Of a DNA stretch of 64,000 nucleotides, positions 20,206 to 30,682 are shown piece after piece. The translations under genes and the position numbers were made by a program. The DNA lies in assembly GCA_039811685.1 (NCBI GenBank), contig JBDHZC010000003.1:64001-128000 (forward strand), read 5' to 3'. The notes under the pieces are model-generated. The model ran no database searches. It was given only the letters and a program-made list of their open reading frames with translations, and was not told where the DNA came from. Position 1 is the first letter of the stretch; the number at the start of each line of letters is the position of its first letter. The DNA is from Armatimonadota bacterium (lineage in GTDB: Bacteria > Armatimonadota > UBA5829 > DSUL01).

Positions 20206-21951
20206 CTACTGCGCTGTTGAGCGCGCCAGATGATCGAGCTGCTGGGCAATCAACCTCATCAGCGGTTCAATTGTCTCAGTGTCAAATCTGAACTGGCATC
20301 CCGCCCGTTCAAACAGATCCGGCAGAGGCCTGGAACCACCCAGTTCCAAAGCCGTCTGATAGTCACGCAGCGCCTTCACTTTGTCCTGGCGTGAGTTGCG
20401 CCACACCTGCAGCGCCCCAAGTTGGGCAATACCATACTCCACGTAGTAGAACGGTGAGAGGAAGATGTGAAGCTGGCGGTGCCAGAGATTGGCTCGCGCC
20501 TCCTCATATCCACTGTAATCTACGTCACCGCCAAAGCGGTTCATCAGCTCCTCGAAGGCTCGCGTGCGCTCTTCGCGGGAGTGACCCGGATGCGTATAAA
20601 TCCAGTGCTGAAAAGCATCAACTGTCGCCATCCACGGGAAGAAGCTGATGATACCTTCCAGATGCGTCTTGCGAGCGCGATCGGCTTCATCGCGCGGATA
20701 AAACTCTTCCAGAAACTCGCTGCCAAGAAGCTCCATAGACATCGAAGCCACCTCGCAAAACTCCAGTGGCGCGTGCCGATAGGTGAACAAATCCTCGTCC
20801 TGTGTAGCCAGTGCGTGGAAAGCGTGTCCGGATTCGTGCAGCATCGTCTCGACGTCTCTTTGCACGCCAACAGCGTTCATGAAGATGAACGGCAATCGGG
20901 CTTCTGAGAGAGTTGACTGATAGCCACCGGGAGCTTTGCCTTTCCTGTTGTCGAGGTCGAGAAGATGTAGATCGCGCATTTTTCCAAAACCGCGAGACAG
21001 ACCGCCATCGAGCCTCTCAAAGATGGCCTGCGTTTTGCTCACCAGCTCTCCAACGTTTTCAAACGGCTTGAGCGCAGGCCGGTTGAGCGGATCAACCGCC
21101 ATATCCCACGGGCGAAGCGCGCCCACGTTCATCTGCCCTCTGCGCTCGGCCTGCAGTTTGCGGACCGCCGGCATAATTGAGCGCTCGACCGCCTCATGAA
21201 AACTCAGGCAGTCCTGTGGCGTGTAATCGAAGCGCGCCTTCGCCTTGAACGCATAGTCACGGTAGTTTTCGAAGCCCGCGTTGTGCGCAATTTGTTCACG
21301 TATCTTTACGAGCTGATCGAATATCTCTTCAAAGCGCTCTCGCTCCTGCAGCCGCCTTGCCGACACCAGTTCCCACACTTCCTGGCGAAGCGCCCTGTCC
21401 GGCTCTTCCAGAAACTTGCCCATCTGCGTCAGCGTCATCTCTTCGCTGCGGAAGCTCACAGTGAGTGATCCGGACAACTCCTGATACTGCTGTTCGAGCT
21501 TAGCTTCTTCCGTTTGCAGCGGGACGTTCTCCTCGCGAAACAGCTCCACGTGAAGCCTTGCGTATCTGTCGTAGATTTCATAGCGCGGAGTTGGGAGTTG
21601 GCTGCGCAGGGGATGCTGCACGTATATCTGGGACAGCTTGAACTCGCGCGGTTTGATTCTGGGTTCAATCTGTTCCACAAAGCGCAGATAGGCTTCTTTG
21701 GCCTCTTCGCTGTCGGTGTGACAAGTCATTGCGATGTAGAGACGCGTGCTCTGTTCGTCCAGGGCCGCTCCCATTTCTTCGTGGTTACAGATCCATTTTT
21801 GGAAAAGCTCAAGCGTCGAAGCCTGAGCCGCCTGCTCTTCCAGACGGTCGTACAGAGACTCAATTGTGTCCCAGGACGACAGATCAGCGTCAGCCGGGAC
21901 AAAAGTGCGCTCCTTAAACGGAGCGAGCTGACCAAACGGTAAAAGACTCAT
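20206..21951 (-). CDS. M3 family oligoendopeptidase (PepF-like)
   Basis: RKGKAPGGY, HESGHAFH, EVASMSME and QLHIF..PFYYVEYGIAQLGALQ. Confidence 0.93.
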   Translation of the reverse strand: MSLLPFGQLAPFKERTFVPADADLSSWDTIESLYDRLEEQAAQASTLELFQKWICNHEEMGAALDEQSTRLYIAMTCHTDSEEAKEAYLRFVEQIEPRIKPREFKLSQIYVQHPLRSQLPTPRYEIYDRYARLHVELFREENVPLQTEEAKLEQQYQELSGSLTVSFRSEEMTLTQMGKFLEEPDRALRQEVWELVSARRLQERERFEEIFDQLVKIREQIAHNAGFENYRDYAFKAKARFDYTPQDCLSFHEAVERSIMPAVRKLQAERRGQMNVGALRPWDMAVDPLNRPALKPFENVGELVSKTQAIFERLDGGLSRGFGKMRDLHLLDLDNRKGKAPGGYQSTLSEARLPFIFMNAVGVQRDVETMLHESGHAFHALATQDEDLFTYRHAPLEFCEVASMSMELLGSEFLEEFYPRDEADRARKTHLEGIISFFPWMATVDAFQHWIYTHPGHSREERTRAFEELMNRFGGDVDYSGYEEARANLWHRQLHIFLSPFYYVEYGIAQLGALQVWRNSRQDKVKALRDYQTALELGGSRPLPDLFERAGCQFRFDTETIEPLMRLIAQQLDHLARSTAQ

Positions 21952-22046
21952 GTTTCACAGCATACCCTCTAAGACCGTTGCTCAGCCAGAGATACGCTGT
22001 CACCCGAAAGATGCCGCACCAGGCGCTGTTTGGTCACAATGGTTCT

Positions 22047-24911
22047 ATGGACACAGAGCGCCGCGCACAACTACCGAAGAAATCACTCCTGGGACTTACA
22101 CCGCGCAAATACGATCTATCCGACTCTTTGTCGCAGGACGTTGAACTTCTGGATCAGACTCTGGGGCAGGTGTTGGCCGAGCACGAGGGCGAGAGCGTGA
22201 TATCCCTTGCTAACCAACTGTTGCAGGACTATGGGGAAGCCGGTACGCTCCTTGAGCGTATTCCCGAACTGCAGGATGCTTCGAAAGCTGGCAAGCTGCT
22301 GCGAGCGTTCACCATTCTGTTTCAGCTCCTCAACACGGCAGAACAAAAGGAGATCGTGCGCGTAAACCGCGCTCGCTTCGATCCTTCCAGTGTTTCGTCC
22401 CGGCCAGAATCGATCTCAGAGGCGGTTATCAGGCTCAAGGACTCAGGTCTTTCTGCTGATGAAATGCAGCAGCTACTGAACACGATAGATATCTGCCCGA
22501 CCATCACCGCGCATCCCACGGAAGCTCGCCGGCGGGCTGTGCTCGATAAGCTACAGGCTGTGGCCCGCGTCCTCGCGGAGCGCTCACTGCCGCCGGATGC
22601 GCCACTCCTGGATCAGCCGCTCACACAGGCGCGACGGCCAGAGCGGGAGCTCAGGCAGCTTCTCACGCATCTCTGGCAGACAAGCGAGGTGCGCTCCGGC
22701 GCAATGACAGTGTCCGATGAGGTGCGCAACGCCCTCTACTACTTCGAAAACACCATTCTCAAAGTCATTCCCTGGCTCCACGAAGACCTTAGAGAAGCCC
22801 TGTCGCGAGCCTATCCTGAGCACACTTTCGACATTCCGCCCTTCATTCAGTTTCGATCGTGGGTGGGTGGAGACCGGGATGGCAACCCAAATGTGACTCC
22901 TAAGGTGACGTGGGAAACCCTTGTTCAGCACAAGCGCGCGGTGCTTCATCTGTATGCGGAACGCGTCGCTGCGCTGCGGCGCCTATTCACTCAAAGTCAC
23001 AGGCTCGTCAACGCCTCTGACGCGCTGCTGAAGTCACTGGAGCGCGACCGTCAGAGCGCTCCGTTGTCCGCCCGCACCCTCGAGCGCCACCGTGACGAAC
23101 CCTACGTCCTGAAGTTTTTGCATATGCGGGCAAGAGTGCTGGCTGCGCAGAGGCATCTCTCGCGCCTGGAGGACTCCCGAAGCTCCAACCTGGAGACGCC
23201 GTTGCCGAGTGGGGCATACACCTGCGCGGAGGAGCTACTGGATGATCTGCGGTTGGTGCAGCAGAGCCTGATTGCCTCAGGCGCTCGTGACATCGCCACG
23301 TACGGCCCTCTGGCGGACCTCGTTACGCAGGTGAAAACATTCGGCTTCTGCCTGGCTGCGCTTGATGTCCGTCAGCACAGTGAGGAACACGAGAAGGCTC
23401 TCGGGGAATTGCTCGAAGCGGGAGGCGCACTCTCGGCTGGAACCAGCTATTCTGCCCTGTCTGAAGCGCAAAAGCTCGAAGTCCTGACTCGTGAGCTCTC
23501 CAATCCACGCCCGCTAGTGTCGCAGGACTGGGAAGGCTCAGAGCATTCACGGGAGATGCTGCGCCTCTTTGAGGTGATTCGTCTTGCGCAGAAGCACCTG
23601 TCACCCGGCTCCGTCAGCACCTACGTTATCAGCATGACCCATGGGATCAGTGATATTCTGGAAGTCTTGCTGCTTGCCAAGGAATCCGGGCTGGTAAAGT
23701 GGACGCACAAAGGGCTGCACAGTGATCTGGACGTCGTCCCGTTGTTTGAGACCATAGACGATCTCAACCGTTGTGATGGCCTTCTCAGAGAGCTTTTTGA
23801 CAACCAGGCTTACAGACAACATCTGCAGGCTCGGGGTGACTTCCAGGAAATCATGCTCGGATACTCTGACAGCAGCAAAGACGGCGGGTATCTGGCGGCA
23901 AACTGGGCGCTGTTCGACACACAGAAGCGCATTGCGGCTGCGTGCCGGGAGGCGGGTCTGCAGTTCCGGCTGTTCCATGGGCGCGGGGGCACGGTAGGAA
24001 GGGGAGGCGGCCGGGCTAATCGAGCCATCATGTCCATGCCAGTTGGCAGCTTTAACGGGCGAATCCGTATGACGGAACAGGGTGAAGTAGCTTCTTTCCG
24101 GTACGGTCTTGCGCCGATTGCCCACAGGCATCTGGAGCAGATAGCCAACGCCGTGCTGCTGGCTACAGCCAGCCGTCCCGCTCCAGAGCCCGCCGCACAG
24201 GAGTGGCAGGACGCGCTGCGTCAGATGGCTGCGCGCTCTCGCGAGATATATCGCGCCCTGGTATATGAGGATTCTGATTTCTGGGATTTCTACACAAAGG
24301 CGACCCCGATCGGACACATAAGCCGTCTGCCGATCACGTCGCGTCCAGTCTTTCGTCCGGGGCGTGCACTGGTGGGGCTGCAAGACCTTCGAGCCATTCC
24401 GTGGGTGTTTGCCTGGGTACAGAGTCGCTATGTGTTGCCAGGGTGGTTTGGCCTGGGTAGCGCTATTGAGTGGTTCTGCGAGCAGGCGCCAGGCAACAGA
24501 GATATGTTGAAGCGTATGTGCGCGCAGTGGCCGTTCTTTGGCAACGTCCTCAGCAACGCTCAGCTCGAGCTTATGCGCGCTCACATGCCTACCGCTCAGA
24601 TGTATGCTGTGCGCGTGCAGTCCGCCAGCGCCGGGCGCATCGACGCGGCTATTCAGCAGGAGTACCGGAAGACTCTTGAGTTCGTTCTGGCTGTAGCGGG
24701 TCAGCAGGAGCTTCTTGAGTCTGCGCCAGTCGTCAAACGCACTGTTGAATTTCGCAATCCCATAGTACAACCGCTCAGCAAACTGCAGGTTGCTCTTCTT
24801 GAAGCGTGGGACCGCAATCTTTCAAAAGACGAGGAGACGAACGCTCCCTGGCGGCTTGACATCCTGCTGAGTATCGCCGGTATTGCCGCTGCTATGCAGA
24901 GCACGGGCTAG
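22047..24911 (+). CDS. ppc: Phosphoenolpyruvate carboxylase
   Basis: TAHPTE, WVGGDRDGNP, VVPLFET, QEIMLGYSDSSKDGG, FHGRGGTVGRGGG, LRAIPW and a C-terminal GIAAAMQSTG. Confidence 0.96.
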   Translation: MDTERRAQLPKKSLLGLTPRKYDLSDSLSQDVELLDQTLGQVLAEHEGESVISLANQLLQDYGEAGTLLERIPELQDASKAGKLLRAFTILFQLLNTAEQKEIVRVNRARFDPSSVSSRPESISEAVIRLKDSGLSADEMQQLLNTIDICPTITAHPTEARRRAVLDKLQAVARVLAERSLPPDAPLLDQPLTQARRPERELRQLLTHLWQTSEVRSGAMTVSDEVRNALYYFENTILKVIPWLHEDLREALSRAYPEHTFDIPPFIQFRSWVGGDRDGNPNVTPKVTWETLVQHKRAVLHLYAERVAALRRLFTQSHRLVNASDALLKSLERDRQSAPLSARTLERHRDEPYVLKFLHMRARVLAAQRHLSRLEDSRSSNLETPLPSGAYTCAEELLDDLRLVQQSLIASGARDIATYGPLADLVTQVKTFGFCLAALDVRQHSEEHEKALGELLEAGGALSAGTSYSALSEAQKLEVLTRELSNPRPLVSQDWEGSEHSREMLRLFEVIRLAQKHLSPGSVSTYVISMTHGISDILEVLLLAKESGLVKWTHKGLHSDLDVVPLFETIDDLNRCDGLLRELFDNQAYRQHLQARGDFQEIMLGYSDSSKDGGYLAANWALFDTQKRIAAACREAGLQFRLFHGRGGTVGRGGGRANRAIMSMPVGSFNGRIRMTEQGEVASFRYGLAPIAHRHLEQIANAVLLATASRPAPEPAAQEWQDALRQMAARSREIYRALVYEDSDFWDFYTKATPIGHISRLPITSRPVFRPGRALVGLQDLRAIPWVFAWVQSRYVLPGWFGLGSAIEWFCEQAPGNRDMLKRMCAQWPFFGNVLSNAQLELMRAHMPTAQMYAVRVQSASAGRIDAAIQQEYRKTLEFVLAVAGQQELLESAPVVKRTVEFRNPIVQPLSKLQVALLEAWDRNLSKDEETNAPWRLDILLSIAGIAAAMQSTG

Positions 24912-24917
24912 GGGGCT

Positions 24918-26153
24918 TTACACCCGTAGCCCTTTGCGCAGTCGCCTGACGGCTTCCTCAACGTTCTCTCGGGTGTTGAACGCGCTGAGGCGGAAGTAGC
25001 CTTCACCCGCCGCGCCAAATCCGCTTCCCGGCGTGCTGACGATGTGCGTCTGAGATAGCATCTGGTCGAAGAAGTCCCAGCTTCTGACGTTGCCGGGAGT
25101 CTTGACCCACACGTACGGCGCGTTCACTCCGCCGTAGACTTCCAGCCCGATCTCTGTCAGCCCCTCGCGAATGATGCGTGCGTTTTCCAGATAAAACGCG
25201 ACAAGCCCGTGCACCTGCGCCTGCCCGTCGGGAGTGTAGACGGCCTCTGCGCCGCGCTGTGTGATGTAGGATACTCCGTTGAACTTGGTTGTATGCCGGC
25301 GCATCCAAAGGCGCGAGATTGAGATATCTTCACCGGAGTTTGATTTTGCCCTCAGAGTCTTTGGAATCACGACACAGGCGCAGCGCACACCCGTAAAGCC
25401 AGCGATTTTTGAGAAGCTGCGAAACTCAATGGCGACTTCTCTCGCGCCGGGGATCTCAAAAATGGAGTGCGGGATATCCGGATTGGTAATATAGGCTTCG
25501 TAAGCGGCGTCGAAGAAGATAATGGAGTTGTTCACTCGCGCGTATTCCACCCAGCGAGTCAGAGTCTCCCGCGACGCAACAGTTCCCGTCGGGTTGTTCG
25601 GGTAGCACAGATAGACGATGTCAACGCGCTGCTTCGGGATCTCAGGAGTAAAGTCGTTTTCTGCCGTTGCGGGGAGATAAATCAGCCCTTCAAACTCTCC
25701 GTCGTCGTTTGCCGGGCCGGTGTGCCCTGCCATGACATTCGTGTCCACGTACACCGGATACACCGGGTCCGTAACTGCTATGGTGTTGTCCGGACCGAAG
25801 ATGTCCAGAATGTTCCCGGTATCGCATTTGCTGCCGTCCGAGATGATGATCTCGTCAGCTTCTATCTCGCAGCCTCGAGCCTGAAAATCGTGCTCCGCAA
25901 TCTTCTCACGCAGCCACAAATATCCCTGTTCAGGTCCGTAGCCGTGGAAACTCTCGCGCTTGCCCATTTCATCTACGGCTGCATGCATCGCCTGAACGAC
26001 GGCTTGTGGCAGAGGCTCTGTGACATCGCCGATGCCCAGCCGAATAATCTGCGCGTCTGGATTGGTCTGTGCGAAGGCCTGCACGCGGCGGGCGATCTCC
26101 GGAAAAAGATACCCCGCCTTAAGCTTCAGAAAATTGTCATTGATGTGTGCCAT
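24918..26153 (-). CDS. dapL: LL-diaminopimelate aminotransferase
   Basis: [50 protein letters not shown] and [17 protein letters not shown]. Confidence 0.96.
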   Translation of the reverse strand: MAHINDNFLKLKAGYLFPEIARRVQAFAQTNPDAQIIRLGIGDVTEPLPQAVVQAMHAAVDEMGKRESFHGYGPEQGYLWLREKIAEHDFQARGCEIEADEIIISDGSKCDTGNILDIFGPDNTIAVTDPVYPVYVDTNVMAGHTGPANDDGEFEGLIYLPATAENDFTPEIPKQRVDIVYLCYPNNPTGTVASRETLTRWVEYARVNNSIIFFDAAYEAYITNPDIPHSIFEIPGAREVAIEFRSFSKIAGFTGVRCACVVIPKTLRAKSNSGEDISISRLWMRRHTTKFNGVSYITQRGAEAVYTPDGQAQVHGLVAFYLENARIIREGLTEIGLEVYGGVNAPYVWVKTPGNVRSWDFFDQMLSQTHIVSTPGSGFGAAGEGYFRLSAFNTRENVEEAVRRLRKGLRV

Positions 26154-26232
26154 AAGCTCCGAGACAGATTATGTAGCACACAGCTTCTGCATTGTCACCT
26201 GAGCCGCCTCGGCGCTGCTGTGTAAGCACAAC

Positions 26233-26261
26233 AAAAAGGGCCTGCGCGCCAGCGCAGGCCC
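26233..26261 (-). terminator. Intrinsic terminator after the protease pair
   Basis: GGGCCTGCGC-tggc-GCGCAGGCCC followed by TTTTT on the minus strand. Confidence 0.8.
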
Positions 26262-26290
26262 CAGACCTTGGACCGGTCTCTTGACCAGCC

Positions 26291-29200
26291 TTACTGCCTG
26301 CCGTAGTTCTTCAACAGGAAGTCAATATCTGCCAGTATCTTGCAGCCAGCCGGGTTCTCCCGCGTATTGGCTACACCGGTTCCTGGGCCGCTTGGCGCCG
26401 GAAACGCCGGGCTCTGGCTCAGGCACATGTCCGCTACCTGAAGCTCGATCTGAGACAGGATATCAGCAATTTCAACCTGAGTAGGCGCTGCCTTTGCCTG
26501 CGCCATCTTGCCCTTCAGCCACGCGTACGCATTCTCATCCGAGATAAGCGGCACTTGATCCAGTCCGAACGGCACGGTGTGAAATGCGTCCAGCAGCGTG
26601 TCCAGAGAGTCCAGCGTAACTTCGACGCGCCATCTCCACTGATCGCGGTGCACGAAGCCCGCATTTCGCTCACCCGGGAGCTTCACGCTCTTCGGGGTCC
26701 CGTAAAGGATCGTCAGCGTCCACGTCGTGCCTGGTGGCTCATACATCAGCGGCCACCACAAGCGCACGTTCGGCGTTCCCTGCTGGCCGATGGGCCCTGC
26801 GGCAAAGACGTCGTAGCACTGTCTGAGCGCTGCGTGCTCCTTCTGAAGCACGACATTCTTGAGGCAGTAGCTGGCGCATCCAGCCGTCGCGTTTACGAAG
26901 TTTGCCCACTTGCTGCCGGGGTCGATCTCAAAGACGCCGCCAATCGCGCTGATTGGATCGACAGTCTTCCCAGCGTAGCCAGCGAAACCTGTCTGCCCCA
27001 GCGAGTTGTTGCCGGGCGGCGGTTCAACAGAAGCCAGTTGCACGGGTGATGCGCCAAGGGATCGTGCAGGATACGCCTGATAGAGCGGACAGATGCTCTG
27101 CGTATCTCTGACGGCCAGGTCCTGCGTGACATCCTCGCACTTTACGCGGAACGGTACGCAGCGATCGACGGCGGACCCTACCGGCGCATAGCCGTAGGTT
27201 CCACTCTCAGAGATCTTGTAGATTCCTGGCGCCAGTTCTCCAAAGCGGAACGAGCCGTCCGACTTGGTATTCGTGCAGTTGTAAACCAGGCTCTGGCAAT
27301 CCGGATCGGTCGCCATCAGTGGTAGCGGCATAAAGGTGAGCGTTGGCTCAACTTTGGCTACCTTCAGGCACACCTGCCAGCCCTCCAGTGGGTCTGGAAT
27401 GCTGTCCGGGCAGTTTTTCAACGACAGTGTGCCGGTGATGCTCGCCAGACAGACATTGCCGAACTCAAATGGAGCGACGTCAGCGCATTCGGCGTAATCG
27501 ATGCTGTGCACGACCGGCGTCGTTGCCAACCACCGCCGCCCCTCATGTGTGCTCTTTAGGCGGTCCGGTTGAGGAGCGATAGCCCCAGCGCACCAATCGA
27601 TCGAGCCGTCACACCACTCAGAGTCCTGGTAGATCTTGTAAGAGCCGGGCGGGATATCCTTGATGTCAATGCAACCACCCGCATCAGTCGTTGTCTTGAT
27701 GGGGCCAATGCACCGGCCATCAGCGGATGTCCCGCAGACCGTAACCGGCCAGTTCGGTTGAGTTTCTTCAGCATCGTCCCACACGCCGTTCGCGAAGCTG
27801 TCAACAAAGGGCTCGGCGGGGTCCCAGACTCCGTTGCCATTCTCATCTCGCAGAGGCTCGGCGTCATCCCAGCAGAGGTTGCCATTCAGGTCCGTGAATG
27901 GTTCTCCAGAGTCGTAGCGGCCGTTGTGGTTCTTGTCCACATAAGGTTCGGCAGGGTCCCACATCCCATTGTTGTTGAGATCACCGTAGAGCTCTGCAGG
28001 GTCCCATTTACCGTTGCCATTGATGTCCGTATAGCTTTCCGCAACGGTTTCGCGTGTCCCGCTCATATTCTTGTCGTAGAACACGCACGCGCTCAGAGTC
28101 CCCAGACAGACATTGCCAAATCTGTTGTTGAGGTCTTGCCCTTCGCCAAGAACAGAAATCTGCTCAATAGCTGTGGTTGCCTGCCAGCGCTTTCCAGCGT
28201 GGGAGGTCCGGTTTACCGAGTAGCCGTCCGTTGCGCACGGCTGTGCGCTCTCCCAGGTCAGGTCCTCACGGGCTGCGTAACCTGTCGCGTCACTTGGCAG
28301 CAGATCGCGGAATACATAGTCGCCGGTTGCGTCGGTGCTACCGGTCAGGTTGATGTCCGCGCCGTTGATGGCCTTGCCCGTCAGGCGGAATGGCCACCCC
28401 GCAATACCAGCCTCGGAGCCGTCCTGAGCGCCATTCATACTTGCGTCATCGAATTTGTGAGCGGTGATGGTTCCAAGCTGAACAACTCCAAACTCCACTA
28501 CTGTCGGAGTTGAGCAGTTGGGCGTTACAGTTGCGCTAATGGGCGTTGTCAGCTTCCAGCGTTTGCCAGTGCCGGTTGGGTCATTGAAGTTGCCGTTTCC
28601 GTCCACGCTCACCTTCAGTTGCACATCCGTGGAGCAGGGCGGCTGGTCATCGAACAGATCCACACACTGTCCGGAGGCTATCGTTCCGGTGCCACTTGCA
28701 CCACAGACTGTCCAGTCGATTTCCCAGTTCGTGAAATCTCCGCCTTCGCCAGGGTCCTTGACGCCGTTTGCATTGCTGTCGCGGAAAATACACGCCGTGA
28801 CCTTCGCGGTGGTGCAATCGACATATTGTGCCGTCATGACCTCAGCTTTTGCTGAGATATCGCACAGGCCGAGGTCCGTTTTTGTGCCGTCGTACAGCTT
28901 GGAGCTTGGAGTTGTGCTATTGAGAAAAGTAGAATTCTGTGGGTCGAAGAAGACGTCGTCAATAGTCCCCTGATTTGCTGGTGGGACGCTCAAAATACTG
29001 CCGTTGGTAGTAGTGGCTTCGACGGCGACAACGCCCTGATGCTGCCCTGTCACGTACAGGTTAATGTCGTTGTTCGCCGGACTCCCAATGTTGTTGTCAA
29101 CGTGTTCAATCAGCAGAGCGCCACCCCAGTTTTTGCCAAGGTACTTCTCAAGACCGAGGTCCCAGCTCTTTGGATAGCGATTTTCCACCAGAAAGTACTC

Positions 29201-30520
29201 TGTCGTGCTGGCAGAAGGCTTTACAATCTTCAATGGGGAGTTGGTGGTGTCGAGGGGCGGCGGGAAGCTGACTGGCCCGGAGCTACCGGGAATCCTCACC
29301 GTAGACCAGCCGAGGTACTCGCGGCACCACGCGTCCATCGCAACAGGAGTTTCTCCCGAATCAGTGTCTGCATCCGCCTTCCCCCACGAGCCAAAGGACA
29401 TGAGTGAAAACCCACCAAGTCCGTTGTTCTTATAGTCCGGGTCATACAGATCCGGAAGCCCGCACATCTGGTGTCCCAGTTCGTGCGCGATGACTCCCAT
29501 CGGATGGCGTCGGCTAGCGTCGTTCAACTCACCGTTCATTGCCCAGTGCTGAAGCGTCTTGCCGTCGACCGTCACCTCATTGCCGGACCACGCGTGCGCC
29601 CACACGTTCGGATGCTTGGATGAGCCGGAGGCGTCGTAGCCCGCAGGGATGAAGTAGATGACACATTCGCTCTGGGATATTACTCCGTCGTTGTTGGAGT
29701 CCATAGTGCTGTAGTCAACAAACGGCGCAGCGGCCGCAAGCGCGGCCTTCAACCACGGAGCTTCAGTTGCTTTGGTGTAGTTGTCCGCATAATCAGGATG
29801 ATTATTACTGATCGTCACCGTCACGATTCCCGCTGGATTTCCAGCCTGGGTATGCGCGTATGGCGAAACGCTCAGCGTTCCAAAGGAGTTGTCTTTGTAG
29901 AAGTTGGCTACCGACTTGACACCAGGGGTTGTAGAAAAGATAGCGTCGTTCCAATCGTTCGCTGTTGTGGTTAACGCTCTGTCAGCAAAGTTGACCAGAA
30001 TTATCAACAGCTGTCTGGATCCTGAAACCGGTGTCGGCGTCCAGGTGGCGAGATGTGAGCCGTTCAGCCCTGCGAGAACTGAGGGCAGTGAAGCAACCTC
30101 GCTCTTGTGGTCCTTTTTTTTGGGTGGGCGAAGGTGTTTTTCCAAGCCGGAAGGCGGCGCCTTGTCCGGATCCACGACAACGTCTGGATTCGCAGTCGCA
30201 TCCATGGCATGGATCTGTCGTCCACTTGTGCCGTCCGCATACACCCACTCGCGGGCGAATGGATTGGCTGGATCAGGAGGGCTCAGCGGGCGCGGAAGAA
30301 TAGTGTAGCCGTCAGAGGTCTCAATCCATCCTTGCGTCTCATCTCCATAGATATGCGCAGTAAAGACCTTGCCGTTTGGCTGAGTAATCTGGATGGGGTC
30401 GTCATTGGCCACGACCGCAGCGGCCGGACTTACGAACGCTGCGCTAACTGCTAGCGCGGTCACGGAGGCTGCCAGCAACCTCCACGGAGCTTTCTTAATC
30501 AATGGGAATCCAAGCCTCAT
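26291..30520 (-). CDS. Secreted M6-family (immune inhibitor A-like) metalloprotease with SdrD-B-like repeats, Ca-binding repeats and an unknown C-terminal domain
   Basis: Signal peptide; QPNG..F....GDE propeptide; HELGHQMCGLPDLYD; SLMSFGSW; EYFLVENR; AGGAGG RBS before ATG 30520. Confidence 0.88.
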   Translation of the reverse strand: MRLGFPLIKKAPWRLLAASVTALAVSAAFVSPAAAVVANDDPIQITQPNGKVFTAHIYGDETQGWIETSDGYTILPRPLSPPDPANPFAREWVYADGTSGRQIHAMDATANPDVVVDPDKAPPSGLEKHLRPPKKKDHKSEVASLPSVLAGLNGSHLATWTPTPVSGSRQLLIILVNFADRALTTTANDWNDAIFSTTPGVKSVANFYKDNSFGTLSVSPYAHTQAGNPAGIVTVTISNNHPDYADNYTKATEAPWLKAALAAAAPFVDYSTMDSNNDGVISQSECVIYFIPAGYDASGSSKHPNVWAHAWSGNEVTVDGKTLQHWAMNGELNDASRRHPMGVIAHELGHQMCGLPDLYDPDYKNNGLGGFSLMSFGSWGKADADTDSGETPVAMDAWCREYLGWSTVRIPGSSGPVSFPPPLDTTNSPLKIVKPSASTTEYFLVENRYPKSWDLGLEKYLGKNWGGALLIEHVDNNIGSPANNDINLYVTGQHQGVVAVEATTTNGSILSVPPANQGTIDDVFFDPQNSTFLNSTTPSSKLYDGTKTDLGLCDISAKAEVMTAQYVDCTTAKVTACIFRDSNANGVKDPGEGGDFTNWEIDWTVCGASGTGTIASGQCVDLFDDQPPCSTDVQLKVSVDGNGNFNDPTGTGKRWKLTTPISATVTPNCSTPTVVEFGVVQLGTITAHKFDDASMNGAQDGSEAGIAGWPFRLTGKAINGADINLTGSTDATGDYVFRDLLPSDATGYAAREDLTWESAQPCATDGYSVNRTSHAGKRWQATTAIEQISVLGEGQDLNNRFGNVCLGTLSACVFYDKNMSGTRETVAESYTDINGNGKWDPAELYGDLNNNGMWDPAEPYVDKNHNGRYDSGEPFTDLNGNLCWDDAEPLRDENGNGVWDPAEPFVDSFANGVWDDAEETQPNWPVTVCGTSADGRCIGPIKTTTDAGGCIDIKDIPPGSYKIYQDSEWCDGSIDWCAGAIAPQPDRLKSTHEGRRWLATTPVVHSIDYAECADVAPFEFGNVCLASITGTLSLKNCPDSIPDPLEGWQVCLKVAKVEPTLTFMPLPLMATDPDCQSLVYNCTNTKSDGSFRFGELAPGIYKISESGTYGYAPVGSAVDRCVPFRVKCEDVTQDLAVRDTQSICPLYQAYPARSLGASPVQLASVEPPPGNNSLGQTGFAGYAGKTVDPISAIGGVFEIDPGSKWANFVNATAGCASYCLKNVVLQKEHAALRQCYDVFAAGPIGQQGTPNVRLWWPLMYEPPGTTWTLTILYGTPKSVKLPGERNAGFVHRDQWRWRVEVTLDSLDTLLDAFHTVPFGLDQVPLISDENAYAWLKGKMAQAKAAPTQVEIADILSQIELQVADMCLSQSPAFPAPSGPGTGVANTRENPAGCKILADIDFLLKNYGRQ
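27770..28039 (-). repeat. Six tandem 15-aa (45-bp) D-x-N-x-N-G-x-W-D repeats in the M6 protein
   Basis: ESYTDINGNGKWDPA / ELYGDLNNNGMWDPA / EPYVDKNHNGRYDSG / EPFTDLNGNLCWDDA / EPLRDENGNGVWDPA / EPFVDSFANGVWDDA. Confidence 0.85.
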
Positions 30521-30682
30521 CTCTCCCCTCCTTTCGACGAGCGACTTCTTATCCGAAGTCACGTTGCCACAGAGTTCATGTTCCTCCCGCTCCCTGTTCC
30601 TGTCAACTGGTAGAAATAACAGTGTATGTTCTGCCGCCTGCGGGAATAGGCAATCACAGGCGGCCGAACACGCTGGTAGGCG

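Noticed and set aside
23601..24770. 389-aa minus-strand ORF (similarly 56456-57595, 27569-28513 and 33137-33979)
   Set aside because: Each lies fully antisense to a well-supported gene.
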